Under the pieces are notes generated by a model. The model was not told the DNA's origin, searched no databases, and worked only from the letters and a program-made list of their open reading frames with translations. Below, piece after piece: positions 19,515 to 32,304 of a stretch of DNA of 64,000 bases (positions within the stretch are counted from its first letter, which is position 1; each line of letters starts with the position of its first letter). Location of the stretch: positions 7,258 through 71,257 of the forward strand of contig JAADVB010000077.1 of NCBI GenBank assembly GCA_023334545.1, in the 5' to 3' direction. The position numbers and the translations under genes were made by a program. The stretch is from Salisapilia sapeloensis CBS 127946 (lineage: Eukaryota > Protista > Oomycota).

Positions 19515-22500
19515 TCACACGAGGAGACCAGTCGTCTGTCGAGCAATCGGACTACGTCCATTGGATCGGTGTGAGCTCGGGCTCTCACTAAAGTTCGAGG
19601 ACCGAGACTCTTCCCGCGACATGGGATTCCGATGCTCCGCATTCGACATGGCCGCACTAGCCGACTGCACCGTATGCATCGACATGTACGACTCAGCCAT
19701 CGTCGTTTGAGCGTCGTAACTGAACGCGTATCCGCCATTCGAGCGTCGCTGTGGATCACTCCGCCGTTCACTCTTGCCATCGCCCACCGGCGTGGACGAC
19801 GTCAGGTACGAGTTCCCTTCGATAGCAGACAGATCCGCAGCTTCAATATCCACGTCGTTCGCTCTCTTCTTCGAGAGCACGTACTTCTCCTGGACGATCT
19901 GGTACGGCTGTGGGTAAAACCTGCGCTGGATGGCTGTCCATGCCCAGTGACGAAGGAGACAGACGCAGAGTGCGATCGGAATGACCATCCAGTAGGTTTC
20001 CTGCGTCAACGTGTTTTGGAAGACACCATAGTCATCTGGGAACCACCCGGCCCAGTAGCTCGGGATCAAGATCGATAGAGGCAAGTAACAAATGATACCA
20101 AAGAGACACAAGAGGAGTCCTGGGACTTGCCACGACATTTGTAGTAGCGCCAGCTTGGCGTTCACGACGAGAACCACGAGCGTAAAGCAGATGAGACCGT
20201 ACTGGACTCGAGGTGCACTTCCCCACGCAGACCAGTTCTCATTGAACGCAAACATGGTGAAGATGGCGATGACGCCGGATTCAAAGAACGCGCTGCAGAC
20301 CCATCGGAAGAAGGTGTAGTTATTGAACAGCTCCATGTTCGGACCGACGAGATATAGCTTCGGGAATCGTTTTCCGACTTGCCACGGCACGTCGTAGTCA
20401 AAGACACCGAGCCAAATGATCGGGAGGGACGTGTACGCGACGTTGTACAATTGGAAAGCAAACTCGCTGTAGAACTTTTGACCACTACTGCCAGTTGCGA
20501 ACATGTACCAGTATTGTGCTAGGACCATCAAGATATTCTTGTAGAACATGTATCCAGTCAAGATCGACATGCGCTTGTAGTTCAAACGACCGTGATGTAG
20601 CAGTAACTTTTCCAAGAAGGCGAATTGTGCGATCGCATAGTCACTCGAGTTCACGGCTTGCATACCTTCTTGACCACAGATACCGACACCGACATGTGCC
20701 TTTTGGATCATCGCAACGTCATTTGCACCGTCTCCAATCGACAATGTTCTCGCCTTGGCGTTCGTCTCTCGAACGAGTGCGACGACTTCTGCTTTCTGAG
20801 AAGGAGATACACGACAGCAGACGACAGCATCACTGAGGAGAGAGAGCTGTAGGAAGGATTGACGACAGCGGTCGTCCAGTAAGGTCATTTCGAGACACTC
20901 ACCGTCGATGACGACGGCCTGGCGGAAGGAATTGCTCTTTTTCTGGTCGTAGCACTCCTCCAAGTACTTGGCTAGCTGCCCTGGGGTCGAATAGAGACTG
21001 CAGTTGAGTACGATTTGCTCCATGTCATTGTCCATGAGCTGACAAGCGTACGAGATGTTGATAGCAGTCTCCTGCTTGTCACCAGTGAGCATCCATACTT
21101 TCATGCCGGCCGTCATGAGGTTGGCGATCGTCGGAGGAACGTCCTTTTGCAATTTGTCTTCAATCGCAGTCGCACCCAGGAGTTCTAGATCCATTTCTAG
21201 CTCTTCCATGAGCTTATCGATCGCATTCTCTTCATCATTTTTCCGCTTCTCAATCTCTTCCAACGACGTCGTGGCCTCCTTGTACTTTTCACTCCATGCT
21301 CTGTACTCTTCTTCGTGCAGTTGCTTCCGAGCAACAGTTAACGTTCGAAGTCCATCGTCTCCGAACGTCTCCAAGTGCTGCATCGTGTTCTTCATCACGT
21401 CACTGTCATTCTTCTTCGATAACAGAGGATATAGGACATTATCCGCTCCTTTCGTAAGCAACCAGATCTCGCCATTCGGATACTTCGCAACGACTGACAT
21501 GCGCTTTCTAGCAGAAGTGAACTCGAGTACATCCAAAAGCTCAAACTCCTGTAACTCCGACTCGGCACTCTTATCTTCCAAAAGACTCTTGTGACGAACA
21601 CGCACGCGCGCGATGCCAAGTCCTCTCGATTCGAACTCAAAGCCAAAGAATTTGGCACCAGACACGAGTGCTTGTTCATCCGGAGAAGATGCCGAGAAAC
21701 GGACTTCCCCTGTGTCCTCGACTGTCTCTGGGATGACCGTATGGCAGAGACCTAAATGGAGGAAGAACTCGGCTTCCTTACTGCGCTGATCGTCCTTCTC
21801 CAGCTTATCCCAGAGCTTCTTATCGTCAAAGTTCACGTATGGGATTTTATTATGCAGTGTCTGAGCCATTGGATCCTTATCGTCTGTTTCTTCCTCTGGC
21901 ACGTGGATGCCCTTACGCTTTAAAGCAGCGCGGCCGATCTCGGTCGTGCCTTTACCATAGGACACGCCATTGATACTGCACTTGCGGAACTCCATCACGT
22001 TACAAGTTAGAGTGCCTGTTTTGTCGGAGAAGATGTACGAGATCTGTCCGAGCTCTTCGTTCAAGCCCATGGATCGAACCATCATACGAGTATCGAGTTC
22101 ACCATAGTACATATCTAGATCTTGTGTCATGAAAAAGGCTTGGAAGAACATGACCATACTGATAGTGACGTAGAGAGAGACGGGGATCATTTGGTAGATG
22201 AGGAGGAAGTAGTATCCGAATCCGACAAACCACTGGGAGATGAGATTTGGATTCCAATCCAAGTACGCGTCGGCATCTCCTTGATTCGCGTTTAGCCATA
22301 GCACTTGTGTCGTCGTTGCGACGGCACAGAGGACGCATAAGAGGATGAATAGCCAGATGATCATGTTGTTCACGGTCTCGTTGATGGAACTCCACTTGGG
22401 TTCCGGTTTCGCCATACTCTGCATGATCTTCGTGTCTGAACCAGTGTTGATCACGAGACCGTACGCCCAGTCAGTGTTCCGGAGCTGACATCCACGCAAG

Positions 22501-23522
22501 AGAACGTTTTTGAGCGACACTGGGTGCGGCACAGAGGACGATTCGGAACTACCGTCTGTGACGGTCGTCGGCTTCCCCGAGTCACGATTGTCCGGCACGG
22601 CAGTAGAGTTTAGGTAGAGTGTTCCGTCGAAACGACCGATGACCTTGTTCGGGTTCTCGCATCGGAGGTAGCCATTCAACCTCGCAGCGTCTGGCACCTG
22701 CTGTGCGTACAAGGTGGTGTCACAAGCCTGTCGGAGCTTGAGGTTGGTCTCGCCATCGAGACTCTTCGTCTCCACGTAGCAGATACCAGTCGGGTTCGAT
22801 GGGTCTGCCTCGGAGACGGCGAGAATGAGCAAGTCTGCAGGAGCCGTTTGACGATTGTGGAGCTTAACGATGGATCCGACGGTCAGTTGGGACCACGGGA
22901 TGGTTGCCACACCCGGATCTGACTCGACTGGTTTCATCTTCTGACGTCCGTTTGGGTTCGTAAAAGTGTCGACGAGAACCTGACATTCGGCCGAGTTGGC
23001 TTCGTTATCCGCCCTATGCCGACGGTTGTCCTCGATGATGGCGAGGACTGCGTCGACGGCGAGGATGAACATGAGGACTGGCAAGTTGGTCGGAACACCG
23101 TTCGTATTGGAGATGATAGGGATACACTGGAGGACGGATACGAGTAGGAAGTAAGCATTCGCTAGCTAGAACAAGAGAATGAGCGAAAGGAGTACAAGTG
23201 TCCTAGATATCATAAATCATACTTTTCGGAAGGACTCGAGCATGAAGAGTGGGAGGAAGCTCCAGGCAGTGTACTTGGACGTAATGACGACGTTGGAGCA
23301 AAAGTGGTCTGTCGAGAGCGTGTCGGCACCACTTTGTTTCGGTAGTGGCACGAGCCGATACTCTGCGTCATTCGAGCTCTTTGTCTCATCATTCGTCTCC
23401 TCTTGCTTATAGTTCGTGTCGGCATTCGCAGACGTCTGCATGCCGTTCGTGCCCGTCGTGTCCGGTTTGGAACTCGTCGAGTCTAGTCGCTGATATGGAG
23501 CCGCGTCGGCGTTTTCGTCCAT
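19515..23522 (-). CDS. P4-type ATPase (phospholipid flippase), 2 exons
   Basis: Exons 23522-23223 and 23165-19515, with a 57-nt gtatga...ttctag intron joining FRK|LANAYF in frame (1316 aa). Motifs ETKSLDGETNLK, IPVSL, FSDKTGTLT, GDKQET, GDGANDV. Confidence 0.95.
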
Positions 23523-23937
23523 AGACAAAACTCAGGTACTCTGGCCTTATATTCCGACAGACACTACCTGTATAACGGTATAGAAGGTAGCGAGACGGAC
23601 GATTGCGATAAGGCACAAGTGACTGCCAGAAAGTGGTCTTCTCGGTACGGAACTGGGCTTTGGTCGTTTTCGCACCTGATGCTCGGAACTGACGTACTTT
23701 TAGACAACACATGAAATTGTACACCATCCGGAAGATAATTTACACCCATTACTTGATCTTGTCAAAAGACTAGAATAAAGTATACCATGATTTCCTTCTT
23801 TATTAAGTGCATTGATGATACTAGTAAAGTGGGATGGGAGGTATCCTCGAAGTAAACATAAACACGTTCGAACATTCGGATGCTGCCAAGTGCAAGTAGG
23901 TCGCGTGTCCTTGCGAACGGCATCGAAAATGCAGTGA

Positions 23938-25020
<1,083 letters not shown>

Positions 25021-25071
25021 CTTGAAAAGAAAATCAATATCATTTTGAAAGAAGGGAAGTAAGATTCATAT

Positions 25072-26149
25072 CTAGAGGCCTTTGGTTTCGACGATCGGTA
25101 GTGCGACAAAGTTGTTCAGACGGAAGTACTTGGTCGGGAATTCATCCGAGACGATGAGATAGAGTGGGTACATGATCGTAAGTTGTCCGATGACTAGACC
25201 GGCGATGTTTTCCATGGGCGAATGGAAGTAGGCAGTAGTGAAGAACATAGCATAGAGCGCGATGGCTCCGATGAAGAGCATGATGCCTCGTAAGGCTAGT
25301 TTCTTCACACTCTTCGTCCAATGCACAGACGATTCGACGGATAGAGCAAACCATTCGAATGCCATGATCGCGAGGTAGTGAGATGATAAGAGGACGACGT
25401 GGTCTGCATGATCAAACTGGGAGATGCACTTGCCAGATTTCCGTAGTGGACCGTACCAGCACTCGTTCGGACTTCTACCAGAGACTGTCGTGACGATGAT
25501 GTCTTCCATGGCCCCGATACCTGCGTATAATACAAAGGTGCGGAAGGCCATGATGAAGAGGTAGAGTAGACCGCGGCGGGTGAGGACTCGGATGCGAGGT
25601 AGCGTCGCGTTCGGTCCGAGCATGACGCAGACGTAGTTGATGATCAATGGAATCAATGGAATAGCCCAAGCTCCCTAAGAATTCATTCTTTAGTATTGCA
25701 TGTAGATACTTGGTAGATGAAACTACTTGAAGGGTAGATAGGATGGAGATGGAGTCCATGCCAGGGTAGCAAGGAGCAGCATGTCGACTGCCTTCCTTAC
25801 CACCACAGCATACGAGTTCAAATTCATCCGGATGGGAATCTAGATGTAACCAGTTGCTCTGGCATCTATTGAGAGTTGTTAGAACCTAGGAGACGTGTGC
25901 AGTTGAGGAATAAAAGGGATCGTACGGGCCGATGACGCGGACGTATTTGCTTGGAAAGCGAAAGTATGCATAGATGACAAGCAGCACGAGCAAAGCATTG
26001 AGCGAGACGAGGTTGCTTTGAGCTTGTAGCTTTTGCAGCGACAGCCAAGTGTTCTGTGCTGGAGACGGACGTGCCGGTGGATGCATGACGGATTGCTCTC
26101 GCTTTTCTATTAGGCGATCTCTTCGCTTCCAACGTGTGGACCACTTCAT
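25072..26149 (-). CDS. Multi-pass membrane protein resembling the FIT/Scs3 family (3 exons)
   Basis: Exons 26149-25926, 25865-25727 and 25674-25072 (introns of 60 and 52 nt, GT-AG) join in frame to 321 aa. Motifs FDHADHVVLL and TAYFHSPMENIAG recall FIT FDISGH.FLL and YFH motifs. Confidence 0.6.
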
Positions 26150-26355
26150 GTTGAAGTTGAGATACTGTGAAACGTTGGAAGAGCTTTTAATACATGCGCA
26201 TGGAATCTACTCATTTAGTTTTATGTAGACGCATTGGCTTTGTACTTTACATACCAGAATGATGCAATTAGGTTGAGATATTTTGGGATGTTATGCTCTA
26301 TGATGGGAGATCTAGATATTCTTATACGACTATTCCTCAAGGGACGCACAGGAGG

Positions 26356-27357
26356 ATGAAAGCTCTGCAGGTCACGCACTTTGCTACGTCCGGCAACATC
26401 CAGTGGACGGAGGATGCAGCTAAACCAGCGATCGTTAAGCCAACACAACTGCTTGTCAAAGTGTCTGCAGCATCATTAAATCCAGCAGATATTGGTATCA
26501 TGACAGGTGGTATATCACTCGTCTTCCGTGCCTCCAACTGTCCATACATCCCCGGTCTTGATCTATGCGGCATCGTGGAAGAGGTTGGAGAGAAATGCAA
26601 GGAGTTTAAAAAGGGAGACCGTGTTGCTGCTGTGTTAGACAAGATCGAGGAAGGCGCTTTTGCGGAATACGCTGTCTTTGAAAGCTCCCAAGCGGCGCAC
26701 GTCCCAGAATCTTTAAGTGACCTCGAGGCTGCTGCCCTCCCAACAGTCGGATGCACTGCCTTTAGTACCATTAACGCTGCTAATATCACAGAGGGTGCTC
26801 GTGTGATGGTTCTTGGTGGATCTGGCGGAATTGGATCGTTAGTCGTTCAGCTATGTAAAGCGAAAGGAGCTTCATTCATCGCAAGCACGTCCACAAACAC
26901 CGATCTCGTCAAGTCACTCGGCGCTGACTTGGTCATCAACTACAATGAGCAGACATGGTGGGAGATGGATGATGTGAAGGAGCTAGACTTGATCCTCGAT
27001 TGCATCGGTTCACAAGATGCTTGGACTCATTGCGATGAAGTTTTAAAGAGTTCTGGTCGATACATTGCCGTCGCGGACGATCCGAACACAAAACTCCGAG
27101 GTATCACCGAAATGCTCACGTTTGTCAGCCGTCTTGCCTGGCGTTCCTGGAATCCGTTCACGACATCCTACAAGCTCATCTGTTCCTTTCCCACGGGCTC
27201 AGACGTCGAAGCTATGTTCACTAGCTTCCAAGACACTGCGCATGCCGTGCTAGATCCTACGTCCCCGTACACATTCACACAAGCATCGATGGAAGCTGCT
27301 GTGCAACTACAAGCAAGTCATCACGCCAAAGGAAAGATTGTCATGCAAATGGAATAA
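26356..27357 (+). CDS. MDR-superfamily NAD(P)H quinone oxidoreductase-like protein (RTN4IP1/AST1-like)
   Basis: LVKVSAASLNPAD, PGLDLCGIVEEVG, FKKGDRV, GAFAEY, VLGGSGGIGS, HAKGKIV; no catalytic Zn Cys/His set. Likely ATG at 26356. Confidence 0.9.
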   Translation: MKALQVTHFATSGNIQWTEDAAKPAIVKPTQLLVKVSAASLNPADIGIMTGGISLVFRASNCPYIPGLDLCGIVEEVGEKCKEFKKGDRVAAVLDKIEEGAFAEYAVFESSQAAHVPESLSDLEAAALPTVGCTAFSTINAANITEGARVMVLGGSGGIGSLVVQLCKAKGASFIASTSTNTDLVKSLGADLVINYNEQTWWEMDDVKELDLILDCIGSQDAWTHCDEVLKSSGRYIAVADDPNTKLRGITEMLTFVSRLAWRSWNPFTTSYKLICSFPTGSDVEAMFTSFQDTAHAVLDPTSPYTFTQASMEAAVQLQASHHAKGKIVMQME

Positions 27358-27383
27358 AAGCTCTTGCAACGTATCTTGTTCGT

Positions 27384-28781
27384 TTAGTGACTAGCATCTT
27401 GACTCCATTGGATCGTATTCGGATCAATGCCTTCCTGCACCATCTCCCACAACGGACTCATCTCGCGTAGACGCGTCACGTGCTTAGCACACATGTCGAC
27501 GGCAAAGTCGATCTCATCTTCCGTCGTGAATCGACCGATACCAAAGCGAATGGACGTATGTGCCAAGTCTTCTCCAACACCAATGGCACGCAATACATAC
27601 GAAGGCTCAAGCGAAGCACTTGTGCAGGCACTACCGGAGCTCACAGCGATGCTCTTTAACGCCATCAAGAGACTCTCACCTTCGACGTACGCGAACGAGA
27701 GGTTGATGTTACCTGGATGACGCTTCTCCAAGTCACCATTGAGAACCGTATGCGGCACACGGCTTGTGATGCCGTTGAAGAGACGCTCCGAGAGGTAGCT
27801 GACCCACTTGTGGTCGTTGTCCATCTCTTCCAAAGCAACTTCACAGGCCTTGCCAAAGCCGACGCAGAGCGGAGCTGCGAGCGTACCACTGCGCATACCA
27901 CGCTCCTGTCCACCGCCAGACATGATCGGCTCGAGACGGACGCGAGGACGACGACGGACGTACATGGCTCCGATACCCTTGGGGCCGTAGATCTTGTGTC
28001 CAGAGAGAGACATGGCGTCGATCTTCATGTCGTCGACGTCAATGGGGAGTTTGCCAAGCATCTGCGCTGCGTCCGTGTGGAAGAAGACCTTGTTGCTGCG
28101 GCAGATCTCACCAATCTCCTTGAGCGGCTGCAGGACGCCGATCTCATTGTTAACAGCAATGACCGAGACGAGGGCCGTGTCCGGACGAATGGCGTTCTTC
28201 AAGTCTTCCACGTTCACCAGACCGTCATTACCGACTGGCAAGTAGGTAACTTCAAAGCCTTCGCTCTCTAAGGCTCGGCAAGAGTCGAGAACGCACTTGT
28301 GTTCGATCTGTGTCGTGATAATATGCTTCTTCCTGCCTTTGTTAAAGCGAGCAATGCCCTTGACGATATTGTTGTTCGATTCCGTCGCACCAGACGTAAA
28401 GATGATCTCCTTCGAATTGGCGTTCACGAGCGTCGCGACTTGCTGACGCGCCTTCTCCACTGCTTTCTCGGCGTCCCACCCGTATTCGTGCGAACTCGAG
28501 TGTGGATTGCCATAGGCAAAGGTAAGGTGTGGCAGCATCGCATCGAGGACGCGTGGGTCCAATGGCGAAGTGGCTTGCACATCCAAGTACGCAGCTTTGC
28601 CTTCCATCGTCGGCTCACCACGAATGGCAAAGCCTGGCGAGAAGATTTCTTCCGAATTGATATTCTTCAAGACGCTTTCCGGCACGGCATTCGCCGCAGT
28701 GTACCGGTTATCCGTGGCAAAGGTACGTGCGAATTGCTTCTTGCTCCGACGAGCAAATGTGGTGGAAATACGTCGCATCAT
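27384..28781 (-). CDS. NFS1: Mitochondrial cysteine desulfurase NFS1
   Basis: Arg-rich transit peptide from the ATG at 28781 ([13 protein letters not shown]), [28 protein letters not shown] (PLP Lys), SSGSACTS (catalytic Cys). The ORF track start at 28868 is TTG. Confidence 0.97.
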   Translation of the reverse strand: MMRRISTTFARRSKKQFARTFATDNRYTAANAVPESVLKNINSEEIFSPGFAIRGEPTMEGKAAYLDVQATSPLDPRVLDAMLPHLTFAYGNPHSSSHEYGWDAEKAVEKARQQVATLVNANSKEIIFTSGATESNNNIVKGIARFNKGRKKHIITTQIEHKCVLDSCRALESEGFEVTYLPVGNDGLVNVEDLKNAIRPDTALVSVIAVNNEIGVLQPLKEIGEICRSNKVFFHTDAAQMLGKLPIDVDDMKIDAMSLSGHKIYGPKGIGAMYVRRRPRVRLEPIMSGGGQERGMRSGTLAAPLCVGFGKACEVALEEMDNDHKWVSYLSERLFNGITSRVPHTVLNGDLEKRHPGNINLSFAYVEGESLLMALKSIAVSSGSACTSASLEPSYVLRAIGVGEDLAHTSIRFGIGRFTTEDEIDFAVDMCAKHVTRLREMSPLWEMVQEGIDPNTIQWSQDASH

Positions 28782-29018
28782 TCTTCCTCCTTGGGTAGTA
28801 CCAGCGGAATGGAATTGTGAGTGTAAAGTTATGCCTTGCGCACGATCATTCGTCCAATGATCTACCAAAAAGGTTGCGATTGGTCGGTCAACGTTAAACA
28901 GCGCACGTCGCTTCTATTGAAGAAAAAAAGATAGAGACCTCTTTTTCGCCAATCAACGTGCATAACTTTTCGACCAATCACCGCACGGAAGGTTTGGACA
29001 CCAGTCAAGGAATCCCCA
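28782..29018. promoter_or_regulatory. Bidirectional promoter of NFS1 and uL11m with CCAAT boxes
   Basis: 237-bp head-to-head gap with ATTGG at 28879 and CCAAT at 28949 and 28974. GATTGGTCG (28878-28886) is the exact reverse complement of CGACCAATC (28971-28979). Confidence 0.6.
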
Positions 29019-29453
29019 ATGTCGAATGCGGTGAAAGGAATTGTGCGCCTGCGTGTGGCGGCAGGCAAGGCGAGTCCGTCGCCCGCGATCGGTCAAGCCT
29101 TAGGTCCGTTAGGTGTGAACATGATGGAGTTTTGCAAGGCTTTTAACGAACGTACGGCCAACCTGGTGGAAGAAACGCCGGTGCCAGTCGTCCTCACGGC
29201 GTTCAATGACCGTACATTTACGTTTTCGACGAAGACACCTGCTGCCTCGTGGTTCCTCAAGCGTTCTGCCGGTATCGAGAAAGGCTCTTCGACCCCAGGT
29301 CAAGGTTCTGCCGGGAGCGTGAACCTGCGTCAGATCTACGAAATCGCGCTTATCAAGCATCAGGATGAGCACCTAGAGCACATTGACTTGTCGTCGATCT
29401 GCAAGAACCTCATCGGGACGGCTCGATCCATGGGTATTGACGTGAAACCATAA
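29019..29453 (+). CDS. MRPL11: Mitochondrial ribosomal protein uL11m
   Basis: AGKASPSPAIGQALGPLGVNMMEFCKAFNERT...IGTARSMGI, a bacterial-type L11 signature in a nuclear context. Confidence 0.93.
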   Translation: MSNAVKGIVRLRVAAGKASPSPAIGQALGPLGVNMMEFCKAFNERTANLVEETPVPVVLTAFNDRTFTFSTKTPAASWFLKRSAGIEKGSSTPGQGSAGSVNLRQIYEIALIKHQDEHLEHIDLSSICKNLIGTARSMGIDVKP

Positions 29454-29525
29454 CAATCCGATCGACTTGCAATTCTCTTTGTTTGTATTGTTTTCTCTCA
29501 CTTGCGTACGATCGATCGTACGTGC

Positions 29526-31604
29526 CTACTCGGTATCCAATTCCATCTTGAGCTCGCTTTCTCGAAAGAGAGACGTTCGTCTCGAGCCCATCACGTCACT
29601 TCCCATGTAGCTAAAATCTTCAAAATGCATGGCTTGCATGCCACCAGACGATCCGATCGTCGGACTGTCGGCCACATCCTGTTGTCGAAAGGCACTTGGG
29701 ACGTACTGCAATTCGTTCGCTAACGAACTCTTTTCGCCCATACTACTCGACAAGCGTGTGTTTACGGCCGGTTTAAACGGAGGCTCGAGCCGTCGATTCA
29801 ACAGTTCATCCCAATCGACTCCTTCGAACCACGGATGTGCCATGATCTCATGCGCCCCATCGACGCCACATCCGATCCGATCTCGTGGGTTCTTGACCAA
29901 CAGTTTGCTTAGGAAGTCAATTGCCGTCGGTGAAAATAGATCCGTCGGGTACTCTGGGTCTTTCGACAAGATCTTCTGGAACATCTCTCGACGATTGCTA
30001 CACCAGAACGGCGTCTGCCCTCGTATCATTTCGTAGACTAGAACACCATAGCTCCACCAGTCGACCGAGTTACCATAGGAAGACGTTGTCTTTTGACTAA
30101 AGATAAGCTCTGGTGCCAAGTACTCCGGTGTCCCGACGAAGGTCGATCCTTCATCCTTTTCTTTCGACAGACCAAAGTCCGTTAAGGCGACGTGTCCTTC
30201 TCCATCCATCAAGATGTTCTCGAGCTTGAGATCTCGATAGAGGATATGTAGTTGATGCAAATGAGCGAGAGCGAGCATGAGTTCCGCCGCGTAGAACTTT
30301 GCACGAGATTCATCAAAGCGTTTACTCTTTTTCAAATGCACGAAGAGAGAACCGCCGCTGTAGTAGTCCATGACCATATACAGTTTATGCCGATTCTGGA
30401 AAGCATAGCGGAGTCGAACGACAAACGGATGTTCGACGTGCTTGAGGATACGTTGCTCAGACTTTGTGTGTTCCACTTGCTGCTTCTTAAACACATCTTG
30501 CTTGCGTAGAACTTTCATCGCATACACACGCCCGGCGTTCCGACCTGCTTTCTTCTTGGCTAAGAATACTTTGCCGTAAGCTCCTTTCCCAACTACTGAC
30601 AAGAGGTCAAAGTCGTTCACACTCATGCTCGTGGAAATGACCATGGATCGACGTGACGATCCACGACCGGAGCTAGATCGCTCCCGTCCATGCTCATCAA
30701 CAAACTCGGCGTCTTCTTCGTGCGGAGGAAGGTACGACGCAGTGGACATGGCGGCTGCACCTGCATAAGCGTACTCGGACAGTCGATTCATTTCGTCCAT
30801 CAGTTCATCCTCGATCGGTTCATCCGCCATGGACCCTCGTGCGCTTTCAAAGAACGCAAACACCGTGTCCATACTCGCGCCAATCGTCCATGCAGTGTTA
30901 CTACTCTTTTGCTCCGGACCGTTGGGTTCGCCAGCAGACAGACTGAGGCATCCGAGCTGGCCACTGTCCTGTAGCTGTGCGCCAGGAGGTTCTCGAGACC
31001 GCTGCCAGTTGATCGCACGCGTACCAAGAAGACCACGTACTTCCTCATTCTCGTCCGGGTCGAGTCGATGGGACGATTCGATGAACGCGATGGCAGCGAG
31101 TTTCGATCGGAGAGCAGGTTGGGAGGTAATAAGGTACTTTGTGAGCGTCCCACCGCGACCGTAGGCTGCAATGTAGACTTGGCTGCAGGACGCTCGGACG
31201 CCATAGGTTTCCCATACGTGTCCAATGTGCTGTTCTGGTGTACTGGAGTGTGGAATGGGAATCTTTTCATCTCCTGAAATGACGTGGTTGTAGCTTGGGT
31301 TCGTCACGATGACGCCATAGCCTTTCGAGAGAGCAGAATGGATGTAGGGAAGCATGGATCCGGAGCGGTAGTGGTCTGGGAGATCCGCGGCTTCGAGAAC
31401 GAGTGATCGACTCCAGATACCTGGTTGAATCCCGTTGCCACAGACGATGATGAGGAGAAGTCGTCGACAAATGTGCCAATTCGCACTCATAAAGATAGAG
31501 CATTTTACTGGACTATCTGCTGATGGGATACTCGTTTCAACAAATCCTAGTTGTAACATCTTTTGCTGTTCCTCCTGGACAATCCTAGCAAGACGCTGCT
31601 CCAT
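29526..31604 (-). CDS. Arb2/FAM172-like domain fused to an AGC-family Ser/Thr kinase
   Basis: N-terminal ~250 aa carries FAM172/Arb2-like blocks (IFMS, GNGIQPGIWSRSL, GSMLPYIHSALSKGYGVIVTNP, IAFIESSH, INW, SAG). The kinase has GKGAYGKV, AMKVL, YRDLKLEN, DFGLSK and TFVGTPEYLAPE, with AGC tail PPFKP and hydrophobic motif FEDFSY. An AG acceptor 15 nt upstream of the ATG leaves an extra upstream exon possible. Confidence 0.92.
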   Translation of the reverse strand: MEQRLARIVQEEQQKMLQLGFVETSIPSADSPVKCSIFMSANWHICRRLLLIIVCGNGIQPGIWSRSLVLEAADLPDHYRSGSMLPYIHSALSKGYGVIVTNPSYNHVISGDEKIPIPHSSTPEQHIGHVWETYGVRASCSQVYIAAYGRGGTLTKYLITSQPALRSKLAAIAFIESSHRLDPDENEEVRGLLGTRAINWQRSREPPGAQLQDSGQLGCLSLSAGEPNGPEQKSSNTAWTIGASMDTVFAFFESARGSMADEPIEDELMDEMNRLSEYAYAGAAAMSTASYLPPHEEDAEFVDEHGRERSSSGRGSSRRSMVISTSMSVNDFDLLSVVGKGAYGKVFLAKKKAGRNAGRVYAMKVLRKQDVFKKQQVEHTKSEQRILKHVEHPFVVRLRYAFQNRHKLYMVMDYYSGGSLFVHLKKSKRFDESRAKFYAAELMLALAHLHQLHILYRDLKLENILMDGEGHVALTDFGLSKEKDEGSTFVGTPEYLAPELIFSQKTTSSYGNSVDWWSYGVLVYEMIRGQTPFWCSNRREMFQKILSKDPEYPTDLFSPTAIDFLSKLLVKNPRDRIGCGVDGAHEIMAHPWFEGVDWDELLNRRLEPPFKPAVNTRLSSSMGEKSSLANELQYVPSAFRQQDVADSPTIGSSGGMQAMHFEDFSYMGSDVMGSRRTSLFRESELKMELDTE

Positions 31605-32304
31605 GTGTCCTCGCTCTGGCTATTCATACGATCGAAAGAAGTGTTTAGGAACGTTACAAAGATAGATACATGTAGATTTGCAGATAGGAGAATTAAAAAG
31701 ACAAAAGAGAAGTGGCTGGGTGTACCATTGCAATCAAGTGGAGTAGGGAGAGATAGCGTGGGGAGGCCGTGAAAAGTGTCGGTGTTGGCTTGTGCTCTTT
31801 ATTCGAGTACGATGGATGTGAAGAATTTACAAGTGCTCAGGACAGACGTTCCGTGTAACGATACGTCTTTGTGTGACTTGGATGCGTGGGACGTGAACGC
31901 CGGGGCAGAACTTCTCTGAGCACAGCACCGAAGCTCGACGCTTCCGTGGTGTGATGCGAGTCATATGCGAGGTTGAAATATTGGCGCAACCTTCGGACGA
32001 CTTTACACGGAGCCAATCGATTCTTGAAGTCCGGTAGAAGTGCCATGGGATGCGGGACAAGTAGACGGTGTAATGAATGGGCGGATGGATAGTACTAGAC
32101 TTGATGTAATGGACTGAATGGTCGAATAACTTTCTCGTGAACTTCCAAAAGTCTTTTTCGATCTTTTTTCGGTACGGTCGAGAGGTATCACTCGACTTCC
32201 AGAAAGGCTTTTACGCCTAGACTTGATTTCGTACCTGCCATTCGCGAACTTGCCTCGGCTAGGAGAAGAAGCACAAGATAAGCAAAGTGAAAGGATCGGT
32301 CAGC

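Noticed and set aside
31837-32046. 69-aa ATG ORF upstream of the Arb2-kinase as a possible first exon
   Set aside because: No good GT donor joins it in frame to the acceptors near 31620, and no homology was recognised.
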